Position numbers and translations under genes: made by a program. This document shows, piece after piece, positions 1-8,801 of a stretch of 64,000 bases of DNA. Each line of letters opens with the position of its first letter. Position 1 is the first letter of the stretch. The notes beneath the pieces are model-generated. The model was not told the DNA's origin, made no database searches, and saw only the letters and a list, made by a program, of their open reading frames with translations. The DNA is from Rhodospirillaceae bacterium. GTDB lineage: Bacteria; Pseudomonadota; Alphaproteobacteria; Rhodospirillales; CALINB01. The DNA lies in the NCBI GenBank assembly GCA_038114465.1, contig JAYNQW010000006.1, forward strand, positions 43,059 to 107,058, given 5' to 3'.

Positions 1-1113
1 GCTGCTTATGACGCGGGCGCGCGCTGGATCGTTTTGTGCGATACCAATGGCGGCACGCTGCCCCATGAGATCGAGGAAATTGTCACCGCGGTCGCAAAGG
101 AAATTCCCGGCGATCATCTCGGCATTCACTGTCACGATGATACGGGCAATGCGGTTGCCGGCAGCCTGGCGGCCGTGCGTGCCGGTGTGCGGCAAATTCA
201 AGGGACACTCAATGGCTTGGGTGAACGGTGCGGCAACGCCAATTTGATATCCATTATTCCGTCGCTGATTTTGAAGATGGGGTTTGAGACTAATGTGTCG
301 GCGGATCAGCTCACCCATCTCTCCCATATCTCACGCATGGTCGATGAACGCCTGGGCCGTACGTCGAATCAAGGCGCGCCGTATGTCGGCGATCGCGCCT
401 TTGCCCATAAAGGCGGACTGCATGTTTCTGCGATAGAAAAAGATCCACAATGCTACGAGCACATCAACCCCGAAACGGTAGGTAATGTGCGGCATATTGT
501 TGTCTCCGACCAGGCGGGTCGCTCAAATATTCTAGCGCGGTTTCGCGAGATCGGCCTCGAGATCGATCCAAAAAACCCGAAAATCTCATCTCTCGTGGAT
601 GAAGTGAAAGAACAGGAGTTTGCGGGTTACGCTTATGACGGTGCCGAGGCGAGTTTTGAGCTTCTTGCCCGGCGGGCACTTGGTGACGTGCCGGATTATT
701 TCAAGTTAGCGAGCTTTCGTGTGATCGATGAGCGGCGTTGGAACGCAAAAGGTGAATTGATCACGCTTTCGGAAGCAACAGTACGTCTCGAAACCAATCA
801 TCACCAAACCATGGCGGTGGCCGAAGGCAACGGGCCAGTGAATGCGTTGGACGCAGCTTTGCGCCAGGTGTTGACGCCGGTTTATCCCGAACTCGAGGAT
901 ATGCAGCTGATCGATTACAAAGTTCGTATTCTTACGCCGGGCGAAGGCACGCGCGCGGTCACACGGGTGATGATCGAATCGGCGGATGGTAAAGGCGAGC
1001 ATTGGTCCACTGTCGGCGTATCGCCAAACGTGATTGATGCATCCTACAATGCCTTACGTGACGCTATTGTCTTTAAATTATATAAAGCCGGTATTGAGGC
1101 GCGCCACCAATAG
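1..1113 (+). CDS. cimA: Citramalate synthase (LeuA/CimA family), 5'-truncated by the window edge
   Basis: Frame is open from base 1 (AAYDAGARWIVLCDTNGG). Motifs GIHCHDD, QGTLNGLGERCGNANL, AFAHKGGLH and regulatory domain GNGPVNALD...DYKVRIL. Confidence 0.9.
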   Translation, partial: AAYDAGARWIVLCDTNGGTLPHEIEEIVTAVAKEIPGDHLGIHCHDDTGNAVAGSLAAVRAGVRQIQGTLNGLGERCGNANLISIIPSLILKMGFETNVSADQLTHLSHISRMVDERLGRTSNQGAPYVGDRAFAHKGGLHVSAIEKDPQCYEHINPETVGNVRHIVVSDQAGRSNILARFREIGLEIDPKNPKISSLVDEVKEQEFAGYAYDGAEASFELLARRALGDVPDYFKLASFRVIDERRWNAKGELITLSEATVRLETNHHQTMAVAEGNGPVNALDAALRQVLTPVYPELEDMQLIDYKVRILTPGEGTRAVTRVMIESADGKGEHWSTVGVSPNVIDASYNALRDAIVFKLYKAGIEARHQ

Positions 1114-1140
1114 GGCGCCATACGATATGTAATGAACCCA

Positions 1141-1938
1141 ATGGCCGGTACGGACTCCACACAAACTTCTTTGACAACGGTATCAGATGGCGGCCCCGTG
1201 ATCGTTTTGGTCGAGCCGCAGCTGGGTGAAAACATCGGCATGGCGGCACGTGCGATGCTCAATTGCGGACTCTCGACCTTGCGTTTGGTCCGGCCTCGGG
1301 ATGATTGGCCGAACCGGCATGCGGTATCGGCATCAGCGGGAGCGACCAATGTCATCGACGCCGTGGAGTTATTCGATACAACGGCCGAAGCGATTGCCGA
1401 TTGTCGGGCCGTTTATGCGAGTACGGCGCGATCGCGCGACATGACCAATGAAATCCTAACCCCGCGGGCGGCGGCCAAAAACATGGCGGCGTACGCAGCG
1501 CAAAAAAGCAGAGTTGGGGTTTTATTTGGTAAGGAATCAAAGGGGTTAACCAACGATGACATCGCCCTTTCTGATGCGATTATTCACGTGCCGCTTAATC
1601 CGGCGTTTACATCGTTAAATATCGCCCAAGCCGTTTTCGTCGTTGCCTACGAATGGTTTCAGACTGTGCACGATGCTGAAGCAAACGTTTTTGCGATGCC
1701 GAAAGAAACCCGCCCCGCCAATAAACAGGAACTGCTCGGTCTCTTCGAACATTTAGAAAGTGAATTGGATGCTTGCGGGTTTTTGCGTGTGAAAGAAAAG
1801 CGCCCGATTATGGTGCGCAATATCCGGAACATTTTTCAGCGCGCTGCGATGACGGAACAGGAGGTTCGCACCCTGCGCGGTGTGATCAAAGGGCTCACAT
1901 CAATGCCGCGTACGGTCAAAAACAAAGACGAAAATTAA
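1141..1938 (+). CDS. trmJ: SPOUT tRNA/rRNA methyltransferase, TrmJ/LasT family
   Basis: VLVEPQLGENIGMAARAMLNCG, FGKESKGLTND, SLNIAQAV. Start could be 1132 or 1141. Confidence 0.85.
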   Translation: MAGTDSTQTSLTTVSDGGPVIVLVEPQLGENIGMAARAMLNCGLSTLRLVRPRDDWPNRHAVSASAGATNVIDAVELFDTTAEAIADCRAVYASTARSRDMTNEILTPRAAAKNMAAYAAQKSRVGVLFGKESKGLTNDDIALSDAIIHVPLNPAFTSLNIAQAVFVVAYEWFQTVHDAEANVFAMPKETRPANKQELLGLFEHLESELDACGFLRVKEKRPIMVRNIRNIFQRAAMTEQEVRTLRGVIKGLTSMPRTVKNKDEN

Positions 1939-1939
1939 T

Positions 1940-2437
1940 TTAATTCAGCTGCCAAATGGCGCCGTTCAAAACAGCAGCGTAGGCCGTCCAGAATAGATAC
2001 GGCAAAAATAAAAGCCCCGCGCGGATATCGATCCGCCAGAACTGAATAGTAGTGAGCAAAACCGCAACCCAAAGTGCAAGAATTTCAATAAACGCCACGC
2101 CAATTTTTTTTGCGCCGAAGAAAATCACCGACCAAAGCAAATTTAGAACAAGCTGTATCGCGAAATAGGTGAGGGCGGTTCTTCGGACTTCATCTTGTGC
2201 TGCGCGCCAGACTAAAAAACCGGCCAGCGCCATCATCATATAAAGGGTATTCCAAACAGGTGCGAACACACCATCCGGGGGCGTAAATGCGGGTTTGTTC
2301 AGGGTTTGATACCAAGTGCCGACGGAAGTTGCGGTTATAGCCCCGCCAATGGCGGCGACGGTAAAGCACACGGCAATAAAACTGCCGAGGGCAAACCAAA
2401 TCGGACCGCCCGGTCCTTTCGGTTGATAGAATATCAT
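1940..2437 (-). CDS. tspO: TspO/MBR family tryptophan-rich sensory protein
   Basis: WYQTLNKPAFTPP...FAPVWNTLY, LNLLWSVIFFG, LPYLFW. ATG at 2437 chosen because the longer ORF overlaps the tetR gene. Confidence 0.9.
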   Translation of the reverse strand: MIFYQPKGPGGPIWFALGSFIAVCFTVAAIGGAITATSVGTWYQTLNKPAFTPPDGVFAPVWNTLYMMMALAGFLVWRAAQDEVRRTALTYFAIQLVLNLLWSVIFFGAKKIGVAFIEILALWVAVLLTTIQFWRIDIRAGLLFLPYLFWTAYAAVLNGAIWQLN

Positions 2438-2447
2438 AATGCCGGCC

Positions 2448-3011
2448 TTACAGTTCAGCCGCTTTAAGAAGTTGTTCCGCCGATTTTTTAGCCTGCATCG
2501 CGGCATCCTTTTGATTGCCGACATAATACATCACCACGGCCCCCTCCATTAAAAGCGTAAGCCCCTGTCCAAGAAGATCAGGGTTTTTAAAACCAGCTTT
2601 TTCCGCCAAGTCGGTTATGTACTTAACGACAAGCCGTTTATTTTCGGCACAGATGACATGAATCGGACTTTCAGCTTCAGGAAACTCGGCCGCGGCATTG
2701 ATAAACATGCAACCGGAAAAATCGCGGGTTCCAAACCATTCATCCAACGTATCGAAAATGGCGAGCAATTGTTTGCGGGGCTCCTTCGCGCGGCTTTCAA
2801 CACCTTGCATAAACATGTTGCGAAAGATTTCGTCCCTTTTGCGAAGCGCGGCCAGGATGAGTTCGTCCTTGGACTTGAAGTGTTTATAGAGGGTCATCTT
2901 GGCGACCCCGGATTCGGTTAGGATTTTATCGATTCCGGTGGCGTGAAAGCCGTCCCGATAAAACAGATCAATCGCCGTATCCACCAGCTGTTCGCGTTTC
3001 GTTGAGGGCAT
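2448..3011 (-). CDS. TetR/AcrR family regulator (NemR/YxaF-like)
   Basis: N-terminal HTH GFHATGIDKIL...GVAKMTLYKHFKSKDEL; C-terminal GCMFIN motif. Confidence 0.92.
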   Translation of the reverse strand: MPSTKREQLVDTAIDLFYRDGFHATGIDKILTESGVAKMTLYKHFKSKDELILAALRKRDEIFRNMFMQGVESRAKEPRKQLLAIFDTLDEWFGTRDFSGCMFINAAAEFPEAESPIHVICAENKRLVVKYITDLAEKAGFKNPDLLGQGLTLLMEGAVVMYYVGNQKDAAMQAKKSAEQLLKAAEL

Positions 3012-3028
3012 ATTGCGGTCCTAATATT

Positions 3029-3046
3029 GACATACAGGTATGTCTA
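3029..3046. promoter_or_regulatory. Candidate TetR operator 1
   Basis: Palindrome GACATAC-AG-GTATGTC (3029-3044) just upstream of the tetR start; 3031-3046 matches operator 2 at 13/16 positions. Confidence 0.65.
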
Positions 3047-3188
3047 TTAAATATACAAAATTAATAATAAAATCAAGACATTGGTTGCAAGGCCGTCGTT
3101 GATTATAACCTGATAATCTAAAATACAACAATAAACTCAATGAGTTATATATGTATCCCGGCCTTCAAACGGGACACATATTTAAGGC

Positions 3189-3217
3189 TTGACAAAACAG
3201 ACAAGTCTGTCTATATT
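3189..3217 (+). promoter_or_regulatory. Sigma70 promoter with candidate TetR operator 2 in its spacer
   Basis: TTGACA (3189-3194), 17 nt spacer, TATATT (3212-3217); the palindrome AGACA-AGTC-TGTCT spans 3199-3212. Confidence 0.7.
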
Positions 3218-3282
3218 AACTCCATTCAAGCAATCCTCCCCCTGAGACCAGGCCCTGGGAGAACGAAAAGGAGACCCAAGCG

Positions 3283-3630
3283 ATGAAATTTTCAAAAGCG
3301 GTATGGAGCGCACTGACATCGGCCTTGATCGTCTTTTTTGTGACCTCAGAGGCTTGGTCTCAATCTTCGGAGAAAAACAGCCCATTGGTGTGCGCCCCAC
3401 GGGACGCGGCTATCGCTGAATTGTCCGGCCATTTCAACGAACAAGTGATTGGCCGGGGTTTGAGCACAAACGGACAAGCCATGTTGGAAATCTACAAAAG
3501 TAATGGTGGTTCGTGGACGGTCATTGTCACAGACGCCAAAGGCGTGAGTTGTGTTCTCGCTAATGGTCAAGTTTGGATCGTTACCCAAACGAACAATGAC
3601 AAATACGTTTTTGCCAAATCACGAAAATAG
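3283..3630 (+). CDS. Hypothetical secreted protein with two Cys
   Basis: AAGGAG RBS, signal-peptide-like N-terminus, C-x-x-R...GSWT...G-x-SC pattern resembling small alphaproteobacterial periplasmic proteins. Confidence 0.75.
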   Translation: MKFSKAVWSALTSALIVFFVTSEAWSQSSEKNSPLVCAPRDAAIAELSGHFNEQVIGRGLSTNGQAMLEIYKSNGGSWTVIVTDAKGVSCVLANGQVWIVTQTNNDKYVFAKSRK

Positions 3631-3639
3631 GTAACCGAC

Positions 3640-3732
3640 ATGACGAAAACCAAAAAAACAAAACTGAATATCATTATGGTGGTTTCGTCATTGATATTGC
3701 TCGGAAGTCTACTCTTCACATCACAAACATAA
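3640..3732 (+). CDS. Possible 30-aa small membrane peptide
   Basis: ATG..TAA encoding MTKTKKTKLNIIMVVSSLILLGSLLFTSQT (basic N-terminus plus hydrophobic helix), filling the gap inside the operon. Weak RBS. Confidence 0.35.
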   Translation: MTKTKKTKLNIIMVVSSLILLGSLLFTSQT

Positions 3733-3758
3733 ATTAACTTTTAAATAAGGAGACTACC

Positions 3759-4316
3759 ATGACACGCATTCAAGCCATCGATCCCAAGAACGCTCAAGGC
3801 CAAGTTAAGGAGCAATTGGACGGAGTTCAAAAATCCCTCGGACTCGTTCCCAATATTATCGCAACGATTGCACAATCGCCGGCGGCTTTGGAATCATACC
3901 TTGCGACCGGCAAGGCACTTTCAGGCGGAAAGCTCGATGCAAAATTACGAGAACAAATTGCTTTAGCCGTTGCTGGCGAAAACACATGCGATTATTGCGC
4001 GACGGCCCACACGGTACTCGGCAAAATGGCCGGCGTCGACGAAATCGAACTTGTGCGCAACCTCAAGGGCGAATCCGCGAACCCTCAAATTCAAGCGGCG
4101 TTGAAGTTTGCGAAAACGGTCGTCGAAAAACGCGGCTTCGTAACGGACCAAGAGCTGCAACAAGTGCGGGATGCCGGTTATGACGACGGCGAGGTTGTCG
4201 AAATCATTGCGCATGTCGCTCACAACATCTTCACAAACTACTTCAACCATATCGCTGGTACCGAAATCGATTTTCCGGTTGTCGATACGGGTGAAAAAGC
4301 AAAAGCCGCGGCCTAA
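3759..4316 (+). CDS. AhpD/carboxymuconolactone decarboxylase family peroxidase-related protein
   Basis: REQIALAVAGENTCDYCATAH (CxxC...H); AAGGAG RBS. Confidence 0.9.
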   Translation: MTRIQAIDPKNAQGQVKEQLDGVQKSLGLVPNIIATIAQSPAALESYLATGKALSGGKLDAKLREQIALAVAGENTCDYCATAHTVLGKMAGVDEIELVRNLKGESANPQIQAALKFAKTVVEKRGFVTDQELQQVRDAGYDDGEVVEIIAHVAHNIFTNYFNHIAGTEIDFPVVDTGEKAKAAA

Positions 4317-4330
4317 TGCCGTGACTTCTG

Positions 4331-4389
4331 GGCCGCCGTGTCTCTGCCCCCAGTCCTCCCCCCGAACGGCACGGCGGCCTCTTTCTTTT
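4331..4389 (+). terminator. GC-rich hairpin with pyrimidine tail (terminator or mRNA stabiliser)
   Basis: GGCCGCCGTG...CACGGCGGCC followed by TCTTTCTTTT. Confidence 0.5.
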
Positions 4390-4402
4390 AAGGATTTGAG
4401 CC

Positions 4403-5005
4403 ATGAGCGAATTGATCAGCGATATTGCCTTTACCCCGGCTGTAAAAGCCGTGCAGGAACGTAAAGGGTCCCGCCAAGGATATGCTGCGATGGAAGCCAA
4501 AGGCGGTTGGGTCAATGTGATTTCAAATGAACTCAAGGACTTTATCGCCGATCGAAATTCGTTTTACTTGGCAACGTCTACTGCCGACGGTCAGCCTTAT
4601 ATACAACACCGTGGCGGCAAAAAGGGCTTCCTCAAAGTCCTCGATGAACGAACGCTTGCTTTCGCCGACTTTAAAGGAAACCGCCAGTATATTTCGACCG
4701 GCAATGTCACGGAAAATGATAAGGCGTATATCTTCCTGATGGATTATGCCAACCGCCGCCGGATTAAGATATGGGGCACGTTGAAGGTCATTAATAACGA
4801 CCCGGCATTATTAAAGTCTCTCACCGATACCGATTACAACGGTAAACCCGAACAAGCCATGGTGTTTACCGTGACCGCTTGGGATGTGAACTGCCCGCAG
4901 CACATTCCGCAACTGTTCGATCAAGAGCAGGTGGAAAAAATGATTGCGCCCTTGCAAGCGCGCATTGCTGAACTCGAGGCGCGGTTGCAGATCGCTTATA
5001 CTTAG
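4403..5005 (+). CDS. Pyridoxamine 5'-phosphate oxidase-like FMN-binding protein
   Basis: SFYLAT...GQPYIQHRGG..GFL, FADFKGNRQYIS.GN, DVNCPQHIP. Confidence 0.88.
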   Translation: MSELISDIAFTPAVKAVQERKGSRQGYAAMEAKGGWVNVISNELKDFIADRNSFYLATSTADGQPYIQHRGGKKGFLKVLDERTLAFADFKGNRQYISTGNVTENDKAYIFLMDYANRRRIKIWGTLKVINNDPALLKSLTDTDYNGKPEQAMVFTVTAWDVNCPQHIPQLFDQEQVEKMIAPLQARIAELEARLQIAYT

Positions 5006-5024
5006 TAGCAGCGTAAAATGGTTT

Positions 5025-5588
5025 TTAAATCCGCTCTGATAACCAAATGGCGAAGCGAGAACTTGCTTTCACGGCTCCTTTCAGGACTTCGTACCCTGGT
5101 GCTTCTTCGGCGCCGTGCTCTAAGCTGGTGTCCCGGTGTTCGAGCTCTTCCTGGCGGAACTCTTCGAACGTGTCCTTGAGGTCTTGATCGTTTTCGTCCA
5201 GTTCCGCGACTTGTCCCGCATAATGCTCGTCAATCACTTCCTCGACTGCGACCGTGCACGCCATGGCGGCTTTTTCCCCCATCAGCGCCGTCGCCGCGCC
5301 GAGTGCAAAACCGGCAACGTGCCAAACCGGCAGTAGTGCCGTCGGGCGGACTTTGTTGTCGGCGATCAGCTCGTTGAATTTTTCAAGGTGCCGTTCTTCT
5401 TGCTTGGCCATTTTCTCAATGACGGGTGCGGATGGCGTGTTTCCGAGAACGGCCAATTGACCTTCATAAATGCGGACCGCGCCGTATTCGCCGGCGTGAT
5501 CGACGCGGATCATGCGTTCAACCATTTGCTCGCGAGTTAAATCACCGGGCAGGCGGTTTTGTTGCGTTGATTTAGGCGTTGCCGTCAT
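5025..5588 (-). CDS. coq7: Demethoxyubiquinone hydroxylase Coq7 (di-iron)
   Basis: MIRVDHAGEYGAVRIYEGQ, EERH, AMACTVAVEEVIDEHY, EELEH. The start at 5588 overlaps the dsbB stop. Confidence 0.92.
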   Translation of the reverse strand: MTATPKSTQQNRLPGDLTREQMVERMIRVDHAGEYGAVRIYEGQLAVLGNTPSAPVIEKMAKQEERHLEKFNELIADNKVRPTALLPVWHVAGFALGAATALMGEKAAMACTVAVEEVIDEHYAGQVAELDENDQDLKDTFEEFRQEELEHRDTSLEHGAEEAPGYEVLKGAVKASSRFAIWLSERI

Positions 5589-6100
5589 GTCCGTGCCTGT
5601 AAATATTTTGTGCTCGTGAAACAACCCGTCGCGAGAAGTACCGAATAGACAATGTTATACCCCGCCATCGAGATTCCGAAAAGTTGCCAGTCGACAACAT
5701 CACAGGCTTTCGGTTCACCTTTCATGAGAGCTTTCTGCATTTGCTCAAATGTTGAGCCGCCCGGCGTGCCGCCGCAAACGGCGGAAGCCCACCAATGCTG
5801 TTCGACCCCGACATGATAAACCGCCAAGCCAGCGCTGGCCAGAAAGACCACGCCACAGAGCATGATTACGATGGTTTGCGTGCGCCCGCCCTGAATGCCT
5901 TCCATCGGGCCGGCCAATGCAAGCAATGCTAAAATGCCCGCAATGGCAAACGGAATACGTTGATACAGGCACAGTTGACAGGGTTCGTAATCGAATGCGA
6001 TTTCAGCGGTATACGCAAAACCGAGGGCGCCGACACTGGCGCTGAGAATGGCCAGTGGGATCAACCGGGGCGCGCCGATCCATTTGAAAATCGATGTCAT
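5585..6100 (-). CDS. dsbB: Disulfide bond formation protein B family
   Basis: EPCQLCLYQR, YHVGVEQHWW, second Cys pair, LFGISMAGYN. Confidence 0.88.
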   Translation of the reverse strand: MTSIFKWIGAPRLIPLAILSASVGALGFAYTAEIAFDYEPCQLCLYQRIPFAIAGILALLALAGPMEGIQGGRTQTIVIMLCGVVFLASAGLAVYHVGVEQHWWASAVCGGTPGGSTFEQMQKALMKGEPKACDVVDWQLFGISMAGYNIVYSVLLATGCFTSTKYLQART

Positions 6101-6146
6101 AGAGACACATATAGTGCAAAGCGATCTTTGGAGCCAAGTGTCGCGT

Positions 6147-6794
6147 TTAAAATATATATTTCAGCAGGACAAATCCGCCGAACAGCAGGATAAAAAAGAG
6201 CGTCACCAGTTTCGCGAGGTGCTGCTCAATGAAAGCGCGGATCGGCGCGCCGAAATACCACAACAGGCCGGCGACAATAAAGAAACGGATACCGCGCGAG
6301 ATACCGGACGCTACCGTGAATGTCGTGAGATCAAGGCCGGTTACGCCGCTCGCAATCGTGATGACTTTATACGGAAATGGTGTCAGGCCGGCCCCGGCGA
6401 CAATCCATGCGCCCCATTCATTGTATTGTGCTTGAAAAGATTCAAATTTTGTCGCGTAGCCGTAAAACTCCATCAGCGGGCGACCGACGGCTTCGTAGGC
6501 GTAATGGCCGATCCCATAACCCGCCAGGCCGCCGGCGACGGAAGCAACCGTACATACGGCGGCGATACGCCAGGCTTTTTCCCGGGTCGCGAGTACCATG
6601 GGAATAATCAGGACATCCGGCGGGATCGGAAAAAAAGAGCTTTCAACGAAGGATACGATAGCCAACGCCCACAGAGCATGGCGGTGGGCGGCTAAAGAGA
6701 GGGTCCAGTCATATAAGCGTTGCAGCACGTGAAAATCAGCCGGGTGATGAGAAGGTCTAGTCAGTGTCGTGTCCGCAGGTGGTTTATCAGTCAT
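6147..6794 (-). CDS. YqaA/DedA (SNARE-associated) family membrane protein
   Basis: SFVESSFFPIPPD, GLTPFPYKVITIASG, SRGIRFF. Start uncertain. Confidence 0.88.
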   Translation of the reverse strand: MTDKPPADTTLTRPSHHPADFHVLQRLYDWTLSLAAHRHALWALAIVSFVESSFFPIPPDVLIIPMVLATREKAWRIAAVCTVASVAGGLAGYGIGHYAYEAVGRPLMEFYGYATKFESFQAQYNEWGAWIVAGAGLTPFPYKVITIASGVTGLDLTTFTVASGISRGIRFFIVAGLLWYFGAPIRAFIEQHLAKLVTLFFILLFGGFVLLKYIF

Positions 6795-6913
6795 CACCGA
6801 GAAGGGCAATCCGCGGCGCGCTGTTTTTGAGTAAATTTCACAAGGTCTTGTCATTTTCAAATGTCTTGTCTATGCCTTGTGAGGTGCTTTCTGAACATTT
6901 GCTTTCGTTGTAG

Positions 6914-8773
6914 GTGACGATGACAACCGATCAAAATACCGATATTCCGGCTTTACTTGAAAAGGGTCTCGAGCTTCATAAAACGGGTCAATTCCCTCAA
7001 GCCGAAGAAATTTACCGCGATATTTTAAACCGGCAGCCGGATCATGCCGATGCCTTGCATTATCTCGGCTTGTTGGCAGTGATCGGCGGAGAGGTTGAAA
7101 AAGGAATCGAACTGGTCGGCAGGGCGATATCGATTAATCCTGAAAACGCCGCGGCCCACAGCAATCTCGGTAACATGTTGCGTGACGCCGGACGCCTCGA
7201 GGATGCAATGACGCATTTACGCCGGTCCATCGATATTGATTCGACCTTTGCTTCGACGCATGCCGATCTCGGCCGGGCTTTGATGGATGCCGGGCAACTG
7301 GACGATGCCGCTGCCGCTTTGCAAAAAGCGGTTGAATTGGATAATCAACATTTAGAGTCTCTCAGCAATTTAGGGCTTATTCATTTAAGTCAGGGAAATG
7401 CGGCGGCGGCTTCGGATCATTTCAGCCAAGCTATTGCCGTTAATGCGGAGCTTCCTGATTTATTCCTCAATCACAGTTTAGCGCTGCAGGAACTCGGAAA
7501 TTTTGACGAGGCCCTGGAACAAATTAACCGCGCCTTGGCTCTGGATGCCGATCAAGTTGATTATGTTTTCAACCAAGGCACGATCTATCAGGACATGGGA
7601 CGTATCGATGATGCCATTGAAGCATATGAGCGTGCCGTTAAGCTTGATAAAAGTATGTTTCAAGCACGCTGTAATCTTGGTGCATTGCTTGAGGGTCAAG
7701 ACGGTCGCTTAGACGATGCTATCGATCATTATAAAAAGGCGCTGGCGATCGAACCGAATGTCCCCGCGGTTTTGGTAAATTTGGGCAACGCCTTACAGGC
7801 TAGAGGCGATATAGACGAGGCTTTGGAAAATTATGAAAAAGCATTCTCGATTTCACCGGACCCAGCGACTGAAATCATGCTTCGTCAATTACGGTCCCGG
7901 CAATTGCCACGGTGGCATTTTCCCATGCTGGCCGATGACAAAAGAAACAAAGCGTATCAGGACGCCATCGAAAAAGTCGTGACGCCCACATCGAATGTTC
8001 TCGATATCGGTACCGGCTCGGGGTTATTGGCAATGATGGCGGCGCGTGCCGGTGCGTCAAGCGTCACAGCGTGTGAATCATCGTCCGCATTAGCAGTGGC
8101 GGCAAAGAAAATTATCGGTCAAAACGGTTTTGCGGATAAAATCAAAGTCATCGAAAAAAAATCGAACGATCTGATCGTTGGCGAAGATATAACCCAACGG
8201 GCCGACGTGATTATCGCCGAGGTGTTTGACTCCGGCTTGCTGCGCGAAGGGGCTTTGCCGACTCTGCGCCATGCCATGGCGCAATTGGCGGTCCCCAGCG
8301 CTAAAGTAATTCCGGGTTCGGCAACGGTCAAAGGCAAGCTGGTATCGCTGCCGGTCTTAAGGCGGGTCAATCCGGTTCGTGATATTGCCGGCTTCGATCT
8401 CTCCGTATTCGATGACTACCGCAATCCGTATGCTCAAATTCAGGATTTAAATCACGAAGAGCATCAATCCCTAAGCGATGTGTTTACCATTGCAACGTAT
8501 GATTTTGCAGCTCTGAAACCTAAAGCGGCAACGGGCATAGAAGAAAAAGCCCTACGGGTGAAAGCCTGCGAAACAGGAACGGCGCACGCCGTCGTCTTTT
8601 GGTTCGACCTCACGCTCGCCGATGGCATCGTTTTATCATCGGGGCCGGATGACGGACACTCTCACTGGGGGCAGGCGGTACAGTTTTTCGATAAGGATAT
8701 TGAGATTACGGCGGGTGCCGATGTGCCGTTGACGGTGTGTCTCGGCGAAATGCAGATTACGTTTAAAGTTTAA
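6914..8773 (+). CDS. TPR-repeat protein fused to a protein-arginine-methyltransferase-like (PRMT7/PRMT9-like) domain
   Basis: About 9 TPR motifs over roughly the first 315 aa, then WHFPMLADDKRNKAY, VLDIGTGSG, VTACE, double-E loop EVFDSGLLRE, FWFDL and SHWGQ. Confidence 0.85.
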   Translation: MTMTTDQNTDIPALLEKGLELHKTGQFPQAEEIYRDILNRQPDHADALHYLGLLAVIGGEVEKGIELVGRAISINPENAAAHSNLGNMLRDAGRLEDAMTHLRRSIDIDSTFASTHADLGRALMDAGQLDDAAAALQKAVELDNQHLESLSNLGLIHLSQGNAAAASDHFSQAIAVNAELPDLFLNHSLALQELGNFDEALEQINRALALDADQVDYVFNQGTIYQDMGRIDDAIEAYERAVKLDKSMFQARCNLGALLEGQDGRLDDAIDHYKKALAIEPNVPAVLVNLGNALQARGDIDEALENYEKAFSISPDPATEIMLRQLRSRQLPRWHFPMLADDKRNKAYQDAIEKVVTPTSNVLDIGTGSGLLAMMAARAGASSVTACESSSALAVAAKKIIGQNGFADKIKVIEKKSNDLIVGEDITQRADVIIAEVFDSGLLREGALPTLRHAMAQLAVPSAKVIPGSATVKGKLVSLPVLRRVNPVRDIAGFDLSVFDDYRNPYAQIQDLNHEEHQSLSDVFTIATYDFAALKPKAATGIEEKALRVKACETGTAHAVVFWFDLTLADGIVLSSGPDDGHSHWGQAVQFFDKDIEITAGADVPLTVCLGEMQITFKV

Positions 8774-8801
8774 TCAGCATTCTATTTTCGGAATAATCAA
8801 T

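Noticed and set aside
6048-6695. 215-aa plus-strand ORF
   Set aside because: Antisense to the well-supported YqaA/DedA gene; no motifs.
6838-6882. TCACAAGG...CCTTGTGA inverted repeat with internal GTCTTGTC direct repeats upstream of the TPR-PRMT gene
   Set aside because: Short arms, long spacer and no second copy; cannot be distinguished from chance.
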